A stretch of 64,000 nt of DNA from Bryobacteraceae bacterium (lineage in GTDB: Bacteria; Acidobacteriota; Terriglobia; Bryobacterales; Bryobacteraceae): contig DATGGM010000144.1 in NCBI GenBank assembly GCA_035308525.1, positions 39,600 to 103,599 of the forward strand, written 5' to 3'. Under the pieces are notes generated by a model. It saw only the letters and a list, made by a program, of their open reading frames with translations, had not been told where the DNA came from and did not search any database. Below are positions 33,582 through 43,104 of the stretch, piece by piece. Numbering within the stretch: the stretch's first letter is position 1; every line of letters starts with the position of its first letter. Both the position numbers and the translations under genes were made by a program.

Positions 33582-36500
33582 ATGAACTCGCTTGTTCGTG
33601 CCTGCCTGGTCGCCGTTCTCTTGGCCGGTTGGTCCTTCGCGTTCTCGGCCCGAAGTTACGAAAACCTCCCGTTGACATTTGAACGGCGCGCGATGGAAAC
33701 CGGCGGGCAGCGATTCGTCGCGCATGTTTCCGGGCACAGGGTGGCATTTGGCTATTCCGGCGCAGTCTTCGAGAGCCCCGGCCCCGGCGGTAATCGGCCC
33801 GAACCGGTGCTGCGTTTCGCGGGTGCCCGCCCGCACACGCTGCCGCAAGCGGCCGGACCACAAGCCGGTAGCGCCAACTATTTTCTGGGCCCGCATCCCG
33901 AGCAATGGCGCACCGGTGTCCCACTGTTCAGGCAAATTAAATATCCCGGCCTTTATCCTGGCATTGACCTGATCTTTTACGGAAACCAAAACCGGCTGGA
34001 ATACGATCTCGTTGTGGCGTCCGGCGCATCCTGGCGAGCCGTCCGCTTGGCCTTTAGCAGCGCCGAAGATGTTCAAATCGACGGCCACGGCGCCCTGAGA
34101 TTGCGGACCGGTTCCGGCTGGATCACGCAAGCGCAGCCGGTCATCTATCAGCAAGCCGGCGCAGGCCGGCGGCGGATCTCCGGGCATTATGCCGTCACCG
34201 GCGTCAATGAGGTTGGGTTCGAAATCGGCCCTTATGACCCGGGCTTGCCGTTGATCATCGATCCGACACTGGCATTCGCCAGCTACCTGGGCGGCAGCGG
34301 CGACGATTACGGCCATGCGGTTGCCATCGACGGCCAGGGATGCGCTTACGTCGTTGGAGAAACCGGATCGGCGGATTTTCCCATGCTGAATCCCGAACAG
34401 GCCTCGCGGTCGGGCGCCAGCGACGTGTTTGTCACCAAGTGGAATGCAAGTGGTACGAGCTTGGTCTACGCCACCTATATCGGCGGCGGCAGCCGGGATG
34501 TGGGCCTGGGCGTGGCGCTGGATGCGGCCGGCAACGCCTACGTCACCGGCTTCACCTATTCCGCGGATTTCCCTCTCACCCAGGGAGTCTTGCGCGGCAA
34601 TTTTGCGGGCATCAGCAAAGCCTTCGTCCTCAAGTTGAATCCGAGTGGCAACGCACTGATTTACTCGACTTTCCTGGGCGGCAGCGGCGATGATTACGCC
34701 GCCGGAATCGCCGTGGACCCAGCCGGGGAAGCGCACATTGCCGGCTATACCTCCTCTATGGATTTTCCAGCCACAGCCGGGGCGTTTCAGCCCACTTACG
34801 GCGGCGGTTCTTATGACGGATTCATGGCCAAGCTGAACCCGGCGGGATCCGCCCTCGTCTATGCCACCTACCTGGGAGGCATCGCCAACGATACGGCCGC
34901 CGCTATCGCGCTGGACCCGTCCGGGAATATCTATGTGACGGGCCAGACGCAATCATCGAATTTTCCGACGTTGAACCCCGTCCAGCCCGTCAATAGCGAA
35001 AGTGACGCCTTCGTCGTGAAGATGAATGCGGCCGGCCGGGTTGCCTACGCTACGTTTTTGGGGGGAACGGGACTCAATAGCGGAACCGCCATCGCGGCGG
35101 ACGCGGCCGGGAATGCGTATGTCACCGGCTTTACCGACGCATCGGATTTTCCGGTCACCTATGGCGCCTACCAGATCAACAACAGCAGCTCTTATGATGT
35201 CTTTGTAGCCGTATTGAACCCATCCGGCAGCAGCATACTGAGCGCGACCTACTTGGGCGGCTCCGGATCGGATATCGGTTACGGAATTGCGCTGGATGGA
35301 TCGGGTAACGTCTTCGTCGCAGGTTCGACGAACTCGATCGACTTCCCCGTGTACGCTCCCATGAGTTCTGGATATCAGGGTAATGGCGATGCCTTCGTCG
35401 CCTCTTTTAATAATGGATTGACCAGCCTGTTGTATAGCGCTTATTTCGGGGGAAGCGGGAGCGATGTGGCGGCCGGCGCCGCCGTGGACAGCACTGGAAA
35501 TGCATTCATCACGGGATGGACGAGCAGCGGAACATCGTCCGTGGGCCTGCCCGTCACGCCAGGTGCATTTCAACCCATGGGTTTAGGCGGCTTAGACGCC
35601 TTTCTGGCGAAAATCGCCAGCCTTGCTGATCCGCCCCAGTCCCCCGCGGCGAACACGAGTATGCCGGCGGCGGTAACCAGCAGCACCGCCACACTGACCG
35701 GATCCGTGAATCCGAATGGGGCTGATACTCAAATCTACTTCAGCTACAGCACGAACAGCTCCATGAATGGCAGCATCTCCACACCTCGGCAGGATGCCGG
35801 CGCCGGTACGGGTACGCTGCCGGTCAACGCCGGCATCACAGGTCTCATCCCAAACACCACATATTACTTTCAAGCCCGCGCGTCCAACAGCGCGGGGAGT
35901 GCACAAGGGGGAGTGATGAGCTTCACGACGGCTTCACTTGCCGCTGTCGCCGTCACCCTGACTTCATCGCCGTCCGGCGCTTCCATCACGTTGGCGGGTA
36001 CCGGCTGCGCTCCCGGGAGTTATACAACATCGGCGGATGTGACCTGGAGCGCGGGAATTGCATGTACGATTAGCTTCACGGATCCACAAAGTATCGGTGG
36101 CGTGGAATACCAGTTCCAGTCCTCCACGGTCAATGGCAGCGCGGTCACTCATGCCAATCCGATTATTCTTGACCCGGCCGGCGGTGCTCTGTCGATCAAT
36201 GCGGTCTTCACCGCGGTCAACGGTACCGGCACCACCACGCATTTCTCGGTAATGGCTCCGTCCACCGCCACGGCAGGGATACCCCTCTCATTCACCGTGA
36301 CGGCGCTGGATGCGAGTAATAGAACAGTCACCACCTACTCCGATCCGGTGCACTTCACCAGCACGGATCCCTCGGCGGTTTTGCCTGGCGATGCGCTGCT
36401 GAGCAAAGGCGTAGGGACCTTTTCGTCGTCGTTGGTCACTGTGGGCACAGCCACGCTCACCGCCGGCGACCTGTTATCATCCGGCATTAACGGTACCAGC

Positions 36501-37667
36501 GGGGCTATCGCGGTGTCACAGTCGGCCGCGGGATTGCGTTTTATATCGATGCCGCCCTGCCGGGTTGTAGACACACGGGATGCTACCAAGCCGTCCGGCT
36601 TTGGTCCGCCGTCGATGGCCGGCGCCACATCGCGTTCCTTTCCCTTTCCCGAGGGACCTTGCGGCATTCCAGCCACCGCCCAGGCGTATTCACTGAACGT
36701 GACTGTTGTTCCGCATGTCGGCCTGGGTTACTTGACCATCTGGCCGGCCGGCCAGAGTGAGCCGGTGGTCTCGACGCTGAATTCTCTGGATGGCCGGATC
36801 AAAGCCAACGCGGCGATTGTCCCGGCGGGTAGCCAGGGAGCCATCAGCGTGTTTGCCACCAATGCTACCGATGTGGTGCTGGATATCAACGGCTACTTTG
36901 TGCCGGCTACGGATTCCGGCGCCTTAGCTTTCTTTCCGATGCCGCCCTGCCGGTTGGCCGACACGCGGCCAGGCGCGCCGTCCACCATCATCACTGGGAT
37001 ATTGGCGGCGGGGAGCATCACCACGCTGCCGGTCCTGTCAGGCAACTGCCATGTACCGCCGGCGGCCCAGGCGTATTCGCTGAACTTCACACTAGTGCCG
37101 CCTGGACCGGTGGCATATTTGACCGTGTACCCCACGGGAGAGAACCGGCCTACGACATCGGCTCTGAACGATCTGACGGGGACCATCGTCGCCGATGCTG
37201 CGATTGCACCGGCGGGCTCCGGAGGCAGCCTCGATGTTTTTGTAACCCAAACGACGGACCTGGTGGTGGATATCAATGGATACTTTGCACCCGCTGCGGC
37301 AGGAGGGTTGTCGCTGTATAGTCTGCCGCCCTGCCGGGTGCTGGACACGCGCACGCCGCAGGGTACGCCGCCTTTCGCAGGAGCCATGAATGTAAACGTG
37401 GAGGCCAGCGGATGCGGAGGAACGGCTGCGGCGCAGGCGTATGTCTTCAATGCCACGGTAGTCCCGGCTGCTTCGCTGGGCTACCTGACGTTATGGCCGG
37501 AAGGGAGCGCGCAGCCGTTGGCTTCGACCTTGAACGCGCTGGATGCAGCCATCACCAGCAATATGGCGATCGTGCCCACGAACGACACGAACAACACGGA
37601 AGTCAGCGCCTTTGCGGCGAATAATACCTACTTGATTCTCGACGTGTTCGGTTATTTCGCGCCGTAA
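33582..37667 (+). CDS. Giant secreted protein 3: N-terminal conserved domain, SBBP repeats, FN3-like unit, plus the shared C-terminal cassette
   Basis: 1361 aa. Signal-like MNSLVRACLVAVLLAGWSFAFSA. LPLTFE...GNQNRLEYDLVV is similar to the protein 1 N-terminal domain. Many GNAYVTGFT..DFP turns. FN3-like LTGSVNPNGADTQIYFSYS...LIPNTTYYFQARASNSAG. Cassette runs from VTLTSSPSGASITLAGTGC (35952). Confidence 0.85.
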   Translation: MNSLVRACLVAVLLAGWSFAFSARSYENLPLTFERRAMETGGQRFVAHVSGHRVAFGYSGAVFESPGPGGNRPEPVLRFAGARPHTLPQAAGPQAGSANYFLGPHPEQWRTGVPLFRQIKYPGLYPGIDLIFYGNQNRLEYDLVVASGASWRAVRLAFSSAEDVQIDGHGALRLRTGSGWITQAQPVIYQQAGAGRRRISGHYAVTGVNEVGFEIGPYDPGLPLIIDPTLAFASYLGGSGDDYGHAVAIDGQGCAYVVGETGSADFPMLNPEQASRSGASDVFVTKWNASGTSLVYATYIGGGSRDVGLGVALDAAGNAYVTGFTYSADFPLTQGVLRGNFAGISKAFVLKLNPSGNALIYSTFLGGSGDDYAAGIAVDPAGEAHIAGYTSSMDFPATAGAFQPTYGGGSYDGFMAKLNPAGSALVYATYLGGIANDTAAAIALDPSGNIYVTGQTQSSNFPTLNPVQPVNSESDAFVVKMNAAGRVAYATFLGGTGLNSGTAIAADAAGNAYVTGFTDASDFPVTYGAYQINNSSSYDVFVAVLNPSGSSILSATYLGGSGSDIGYGIALDGSGNVFVAGSTNSIDFPVYAPMSSGYQGNGDAFVASFNNGLTSLLYSAYFGGSGSDVAAGAAVDSTGNAFITGWTSSGTSSVGLPVTPGAFQPMGLGGLDAFLAKIASLADPPQSPAANTSMPAAVTSSTATLTGSVNPNGADTQIYFSYSTNSSMNGSISTPRQDAGAGTGTLPVNAGITGLIPNTTYYFQARASNSAGSAQGGVMSFTTASLAAVAVTLTSSPSGASITLAGTGCAPGSYTTSADVTWSAGIACTISFTDPQSIGGVEYQFQSSTVNGSAVTHANPIILDPAGGALSINAVFTAVNGTGTTTHFSVMAPSTATAGIPLSFTVTALDASNRTVTTYSDPVHFTSTDPSAVLPGDALLSKGVGTFSSSLVTVGTATLTAGDLLSSGINGTSGAIAVSQSAAGLRFISMPPCRVVDTRDATKPSGFGPPSMAGATSRSFPFPEGPCGIPATAQAYSLNVTVVPHVGLGYLTIWPAGQSEPVVSTLNSLDGRIKANAAIVPAGSQGAISVFATNATDVVLDINGYFVPATDSGALAFFPMPPCRLADTRPGAPSTIITGILAAGSITTLPVLSGNCHVPPAAQAYSLNFTLVPPGPVAYLTVYPTGENRPTTSALNDLTGTIVADAAIAPAGSGGSLDVFVTQTTDLVVDINGYFAPAAAGGLSLYSLPPCRVLDTRTPQGTPPFAGAMNVNVEASGCGGTAAAQAYVFNATVVPAASLGYLTLWPEGSAQPLASTLNALDAAITSNMAIVPTNDTNNTEVSAFAANNTYLILDVFGYFAP
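35952..37664 (+). repeat. Shared 3' cassette, copy 3 (571 codons); internal modules at 36531-36920, 36921-37304 and 37305-37664
   Basis: Same domain order and motifs as the other copies. Carries one 1-codon deletion (EGPCGIP) and one 3-codon insertion (NDTNNTEV) relative to copies 1 and 2. Confidence 0.85.
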
Positions 37668-37886
37668 GACCGGCAATCCCTTGTCGATTCAACGAGGGCT
37701 GGCAAGTCCCGGCCGGGCACCAAGCGGAAACAGGCATCTCGCGCGTGGTGATTTGCACCCTTTGATGCTATTACTCGCGATATAATTCGTCATGAGGCTT
37801 CGAGAGCCGGCGCGGTCGTGTCGCCGCCGCCGCGAATCGGGCCGCCCGCAATATAGTCGCCAGAGATTTGTTATCGGCCTGTCCGA

Positions 37887-40016
37887 ATGGCTCAAACACC
37901 ATCGCTCGTCAATTCACCTCCTAAGAGCGCCGCGACGAGAGTCTTTTTTTCAACGCTAGCCGGCAATCCAGGCTTGTATGCCTGGGTGGGCCTCGTGTTC
38001 GCGATCGCATGTGTCTTTAAAGCATTGCCGTCGAAATCAATGTACCTTTGGGTGTCCAGCGATACCCTGTGGCCGGTGGATCTCTTTATCGATACGCTTC
38101 ACGACGGATTTTCATTTCACGGCTGGTTCTTTTCGGTTGGGCCCTGTTGGATTCCTGACATCGTTCTTGTAGGCCTGTGCTATCTACCGCTGCGAGACCC
38201 GATTTTAACGACCCTCGTCGCGGGAGCGCTCCACCTCATCATCCTGGCCGCTGGGTTGTGCCTGTGCTGGCGCGCGCTGAGGCTGGCATACCGGAAGCTG
38301 GCAGACACGTTAACGCTGGCCTCCGGGATCGCCATTACTCTATGGGTTGCGTTCCATTCCGATGTGCTGTATCCGGGGTTGTACCAGTTCCTGCTGCCGC
38401 AAACGCATGTCGGAAATCTCATCATGCATGTCTACGCCATCTGGCTGGCGCTGCTGCTGATCCAACTCCCGCGCGGTCGTAGGCGCGTCTTTGCCGCCGC
38501 TGGATTTTCCGTCGTCTGCATGCTGGCGGGTTTGAGTAATCTGATGTTTTTCCCGCACACCGTCGTCCCGCTTTCCATGGCAGCGCTGGCCCTGGCCCTT
38601 GCGGGAGCCCTGCCGGTGCGGCGGGCCGCACTGCCCGTGCTTCTTGCCTGGCCGTCGGCGGTGGCCGGGGCAGCCGCCTACCGGATCTTCTTTCCGGCCA
38701 TGGGTCTCGGTGCACAGTCGTCGATCGGATATGCAGCCTGGGGAAAAGCCGCGCGTACCTTTGTTGTAGGTGCGTTTGCTGCATTTGCCCGTTTTGACCT
38801 GCTGCATATTGCCGCCGCGTTGTGGTTTGCCGCCTGCGTGCTTGGAGGCGCGATTCTCTTACGGCGCCTCCGTCGTGCGAAAAACGTTCAACCCGAACGT
38901 CGTGTGCTCCTCGTGTTTTTTTTCTTCACGTCTGCCGCGGCGTCGCTTCTCGGACCGGCCACTATGATCATCGGCGGAAGCAATGGCTTGACGCAGTTCA
39001 ATAACTACATGTGGACGATGCACTACATGCACCCCACATTCCTCCTTCCGTTGCTCGCCTGGCCTTCGCTGCTCGCCTTAGTCCCTGCGTTTTCCCTTCC
39101 TCGGGTCATCCGGCGCGCCCTACGCGCTTCAGCCGCGCTGGCATGCGTGATTGTGCCGTTGATGGCCTTCGAGCGTCTTCCGGCCCCAGCCTTCCCCTTG
39201 TCGCAGTATGCGCCCGAGTTTGTCCGCGCTCTCGACCGGGAAGCCCGGCAGTATGGAATAAGGTACGGACTCGCGGGCTATTGGCAGGCGCGCCTCATCA
39301 CGCTGCTCTCGCGCACGGGACTGCGAGTGTACCCGGTGGATGGGTCGATCAACCCCTTCCTGATCGTCTCCAACCGGGAGTGGTTCGCCAAATCGCTCGA
39401 AAACCGGTCGCGGAAGCCCTGCTTCAGTTTCGTAGTCCTCAATGACCCGTTATGGAAGCTTACCCGTGCCACCGCCGTAGAGCACGCTGGGGAACCCTCA
39501 AACCAATTCGACGCCGCGGGCGTGCCCGTGCTCGTGTATGCAAAAGAAGAAACCGGGCATGTTGTGCCGCGCTGCGACGCGTTGACGTTGCCCAACGTCG
39601 ATACGACCATCACAATGGACCGGCGGTTGTCCGGCTACAGAAGCGCTATGAGCAGTCCTGTCGGAATGATTCGAGCGACGATCTCGGAAAGGATGCGCCT
39701 TCCTGTCCGTATCAGCAATCCCGGAAAAGAACCTTGGACTAGTGTCGGTAGTTTCCCGGTGACACTGAGTTATAAATGGTTCAAAGACGGCCGGATGTTG
39801 CCGATAGAAGGCGAGCGTACATCTCTGCTGGAAGCCTTGCTTCCCGGCGCGACAGCGTCATTGTCCGCCCGCGTCGTGGCGCCGCCGGAGCCGGGCAGTT
39901 ATACCCTTCGCTTTTCCCTCGTTCAAGAGGGCATTACCTGGTTCATGTCAGCGGGAGACAGGACCCTGGACATCCCAGCCAGCGTGATCGCAACGGGCGC
40001 TCAGCTGGGGCGCTGA
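37887..40016 (+). CDS. Polytopic membrane protein (putative GT-C-fold glycosyltransferase) with a C-terminal soluble region ending in an Ig-like domain
   Basis: 709 aa. Roughly a dozen hydrophobic segments over the first ~430 aa, with an acidic first loop SSDTLWPVDLFIDTLHDG. The C-terminal ~115 aa (~39670-40013) share the ...LSYKWF...YTLRFSLVQEGITWF pattern with the end of the 46981-48291 protein. Confidence 0.5.
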   Translation: MAQTPSLVNSPPKSAATRVFFSTLAGNPGLYAWVGLVFAIACVFKALPSKSMYLWVSSDTLWPVDLFIDTLHDGFSFHGWFFSVGPCWIPDIVLVGLCYLPLRDPILTTLVAGALHLIILAAGLCLCWRALRLAYRKLADTLTLASGIAITLWVAFHSDVLYPGLYQFLLPQTHVGNLIMHVYAIWLALLLIQLPRGRRRVFAAAGFSVVCMLAGLSNLMFFPHTVVPLSMAALALALAGALPVRRAALPVLLAWPSAVAGAAAYRIFFPAMGLGAQSSIGYAAWGKAARTFVVGAFAAFARFDLLHIAAALWFAACVLGGAILLRRLRRAKNVQPERRVLLVFFFFTSAAASLLGPATMIIGGSNGLTQFNNYMWTMHYMHPTFLLPLLAWPSLLALVPAFSLPRVIRRALRASAALACVIVPLMAFERLPAPAFPLSQYAPEFVRALDREARQYGIRYGLAGYWQARLITLLSRTGLRVYPVDGSINPFLIVSNREWFAKSLENRSRKPCFSFVVLNDPLWKLTRATAVEHAGEPSNQFDAAGVPVLVYAKEETGHVVPRCDALTLPNVDTTITMDRRLSGYRSAMSSPVGMIRATISERMRLPVRISNPGKEPWTSVGSFPVTLSYKWFKDGRMLPIEGERTSLLEALLPGATASLSARVVAPPEPGSYTLRFSLVQEGITWFMSAGDRTLDIPASVIATGAQLGR

Positions 40017-40978
40017 ACGGCGAGGATGTCGAGGTGACTGTCGGCAGCCACTGCCGCGGCATGGTCTAAGAGGGCGGCTGCATTCAGATACCGCGGCCCC
40101 GAGCTTTCCAAAACAGCCAGCGCATATCCTCTCGAAGTGAACAACTCCAGGTACTCTGCTGGCGATATTCGCGAAACTAGCGGCAGCGTGGACGGCGTGA
40201 ATTCGCTGAAGATAATCGGTCGATCGCGTTCCACAAGATCGCGCATGCCGCGCAGGGCCTTCCCTTCGGCCCCCTCGACATCTATCTTGACCACCTGAAT
40301 GGATAAAGATCGCGGCAGACAGGCGTCCAGCGGCAGCGCCATCACGGGTTCAGGGAAATCGTCAGGGTGCCGGCCGGAGGCTTCCAGCGCAGCGCCGTTA
40401 GAGCAATCCGTCGATAACGAGAGAACTTCCCAGCGGTCGCTGGCCGCTGCTTGAATAATCTCCACGTGGCGAAATTGATTGTGCGCGCGCGTCGCCGAAA
40501 GGAAGGCGACATTTCTGGGGTTCGGCTCGACCGCCCACACCCGCCCCGGCGGACCCACCCGGGCAGCCGCCAGAAAGGTGAAGTATCCGATGTTGGCGCC
40601 TATATCCAGCACATTCATGCCGGGCTTCAGATGTTCGGCGAAAACCCGTGAAACATGCGGCTCATACTCAAGGTGATCCAGGATATGCCTGCCTACCGCC
40701 AAGTCCGCCGGCGAGGCGTAAAGCTCGAACCCGGGCAAGCGGGCCAGCGCCGGCTTGCGGCCGGAGTTCCGGACTTTTTGGTATTCCGCCGAACCCACGT
40801 ACTTGGCCGTCACGGCAGCGAGCGGCTGGCCGGCAAGGGCGCGATGTCCCGCCCATTCTTCTTGGCTCGGATAGCGGCCCAGAATGAGTCGAAAGCAATT
40901 GTATATGTCCCGTTCGCAGGCAGCGTCGCCAAAGGCAATGCGGTCTTCCAGGGTGACCATCTTCTGAGAGAATTCCAT
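40001..40978 (-). CDS. FkbM-family methyltransferase with N-terminal DUF4214-like segment
   Basis: Start taken at ATG 40978 (MEFSQKMVTLEDR...). The track's 41023 start adds 15 codons. VLDIGANIGYFTFLAA, AVEPNP and KIDVEGAEGKALRG are FkbM hallmarks. IYNCFRLILGRYPSQEEWAGH resembles DUF4214. The 3' end overlaps the upstream convergent gene by 16 nt. Confidence 0.8.
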   Translation of the reverse strand: MEFSQKMVTLEDRIAFGDAACERDIYNCFRLILGRYPSQEEWAGHRALAGQPLAAVTAKYVGSAEYQKVRNSGRKPALARLPGFELYASPADLAVGRHILDHLEYEPHVSRVFAEHLKPGMNVLDIGANIGYFTFLAAARVGPPGRVWAVEPNPRNVAFLSATRAHNQFRHVEIIQAAASDRWEVLSLSTDCSNGAALEASGRHPDDFPEPVMALPLDACLPRSLSIQVVKIDVEGAEGKALRGMRDLVERDRPIIFSEFTPSTLPLVSRISPAEYLELFTSRGYALAVLESSGPRYLNAAALLDHAAAVAADSHLDILAVQRPS

Positions 40979-43091
40979 GTCGATCCAGCCGAATCCGGAA
41001 AACCTCATTGTACGCACACCCATGCGTCAAAGGCATGGCCGCCTTTGGGAGACCCAAGACATAGCGTTCCGGCCACGATGGGAAGTCTTGCTAAGATCGA
41101 GTGAAGTGACCAAACTGGACGCATGTGCCACGGTGTTTTTCGGCGATGGCCAGGGGAGCGCCGGGCAGCCTCCCATTTCGCCGTTCCTCGAACAAATGTG
41201 GCGTAGATTCGGGCGAGCAAACCCAGGTTCGGCTGAGCCGGAGGAACGGGAACGTTTTGTCTTCTGGTATATCCTGGATTTTTATGAGCGCCAGGGCCAG
41301 CAATGGCCGCTGCCACCGGAATTGCTGACGTGGCTGAATGCGGCGGCCGTGGATGTAACTCAGGAGGTCCGTGAAGCCCCGGGCCTTCGCGGAACGCGGC
41401 AGGATACCGGGCCAAAATATCTCTCCCGGTACATGCGGCATATTTGGCGGACGTCCACGCAACCATTCAACGTAAAAGAAATGGACGGCTTTTTCGGCTT
41501 TCTGGCCTGGTACGCCTTCCGTTTCATGCCCGAACACCACATACCGCCGGTGCTTCTACCGGGGGCGCTATTAGAGCAGTTGAACCGGCCCGCGGATGAC
41601 GAGCGCCTGCCTTTGAGCACGGGGATGCTGATATTTGCCAGGATCGAGCGCCCAGCCCAATTCGATCAGCTCTTGGATGCCCCAAAAGCGAGACGCTACG
41701 CGATTTGCTACGAGTTGATGAGAGATGTGCTGGCGTTCGGGAATCCACGCTTGGTTCCCCCGTTTGTGTCGAAGTTCTGGCGCAGCGCCGCTGGTGACGG
41801 CGAAACGGCCTTCGATTACGTCACTAGCCTGGCTGAAGCAGGGCGCCCCTCTAGTTTACGGCTGCCCATCGAGGCACCCCTGGCACATCTGTTTTCCAGC
41901 TTCGCCCCAGCACCGGAAGCAGTCCAAGAGCTCGCGCCGGTGCGGCCTTCCATGCTATCCATTGTCTCTTACCGCGACCATACGACCGTCTGTGGTTTGG
42001 CGAAGTCGGGAGCTTATGCTATCGAGTCGCTGCGTGCGGCGGGAATTGAGATCGTCGACCTCGACTACAATATCCCGAGAACGAACCTGAAACAAGAATC
42101 GGTTTGGAACGCACGCATTTCCAACAACAGCGTGCGGAGTGTGCACGTGTTCAATCTCAATCCGGAGCATGTTCTGGAATGCGCCATGTGTAACCTAAGC
42201 CGGATCAGGGAGAACGATTATCTCATTGGCCAGTTCTTTTGGGAGTTGTCCGACACGTGCGCCGTACACGAGCCAGGCTTGAGACTGATGGATGAAATCT
42301 GGGTGTCCAGCGACTTCCTGGTGAACGTATACCAGCGTCGCGTTAGTGTTCCGGTCCTGAATACGGGAACAGCAGTGGCCCCCAGCCCCCTTCAGAGACC
42401 GTATACTCGCGGCGAGTTCGGTCTCCGCGAAGGTGACTACCTGTTTTTGGTAAACTTCGATACCCGCTCGGTCGTCGAGCGGAAGAACCCTCTGGCGGCG
42501 GTCGAGGCCTTTGCGGAGGCGTTCCCGAAAGGGAATGAAAAGGTCGGGCTGGCCATCAAGACGAGAAATGTGGCGAATATTTCCTGGGCTGCGGACCGCG
42601 AGCACTGGGCGCGAACCGCCAGGCGTATCGAGAAGGATCCGCGGATCACCGTGATCGATGCGACGCTATCCGAGGACGTAATGTCCGGTTTGTATTCGAT
42701 AACAGATTGTTACGTATCACTCCATCGCTCCGAGGGCTTCGGAAACGCTCCCGCTGAGGCGCTGTATTGGGGCAAGCCGGTAATTGTGACAGCGTTCTCC
42801 GGCGTATTGGATTTTTGTACGGATTCCACCGCCAAACTGGTGGATTACCAGCTCGTCGCGGTGAATCCCGGAGAGTACCCCTTTGTCGACAGCGAGGGGT
42901 CGCATTTTTGGGCTCAGCCGAACCTGGAAACCGCCAGCCGCCATATGCGGACACTGTACGAGAATCCGCAGTCGGGGGTGGATCTGGCAAATCAAGGCCA
43001 GCGCCTCGTTCGCGGCCGGTATAGCCTGAAAGCTCTTTCTCAAAGGTATGTGACCCGGTTGACCGAGCTAGGGTTTACTTCCAGTTCTTAG
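40977..43091 (+). CDS. Glycosyltransferase with C-terminal GT4 domain and a ~400-aa N-terminal region of unknown function; start uncertain (40977, 41022, 41133 or 41196)
   Basis: The C-terminal half has FLVNFDTRSVVERKNPLAAVEAF...VSLHRSEGFGNAPAEALYWGKPVIVT (GT4 EX7E region). The longest ORF start would overlap the divergent FkbM start codon, so a later start is likely. Confidence 0.7.
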   Translation: MSIQPNPENLIVRTPMRQRHGRLWETQDIAFRPRWEVLLRSSEVTKLDACATVFFGDGQGSAGQPPISPFLEQMWRRFGRANPGSAEPEERERFVFWYILDFYERQGQQWPLPPELLTWLNAAAVDVTQEVREAPGLRGTRQDTGPKYLSRYMRHIWRTSTQPFNVKEMDGFFGFLAWYAFRFMPEHHIPPVLLPGALLEQLNRPADDERLPLSTGMLIFARIERPAQFDQLLDAPKARRYAICYELMRDVLAFGNPRLVPPFVSKFWRSAAGDGETAFDYVTSLAEAGRPSSLRLPIEAPLAHLFSSFAPAPEAVQELAPVRPSMLSIVSYRDHTTVCGLAKSGAYAIESLRAAGIEIVDLDYNIPRTNLKQESVWNARISNNSVRSVHVFNLNPEHVLECAMCNLSRIRENDYLIGQFFWELSDTCAVHEPGLRLMDEIWVSSDFLVNVYQRRVSVPVLNTGTAVAPSPLQRPYTRGEFGLREGDYLFLVNFDTRSVVERKNPLAAVEAFAEAFPKGNEKVGLAIKTRNVANISWAADREHWARTARRIEKDPRITVIDATLSEDVMSGLYSITDCYVSLHRSEGFGNAPAEALYWGKPVIVTAFSGVLDFCTDSTAKLVDYQLVAVNPGEYPFVDSEGSHFWAQPNLETASRHMRTLYENPQSGVDLANQGQRLVRGRYSLKALSQRYVTRLTELGFTSSS

Positions 43092-43104
43092 AAGCTGTGC
43101 GATC

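Noticed and set aside
37753-37786. A promoter call from the TATAAT at 37781-37786 upstream of the GT-C-like gene
   Set aside because: The nearest -35-like hexamers (TTGCAC at 37753, TTGATG at 37762) lie at 22- and 13-nt spacings, outside the usual window. Promoter consensus for this lineage is also uncertain.
40976-40979. Divergent genes whose start codons overlap on the palindrome CATG (minus ATG at 40978, plus ATG at 40977)
   Set aside because: This is probably an ORF-caller artefact. The + strand glycosyltransferase very likely starts later (41022, 41133 or 41196), leaving a normal divergent promoter region.
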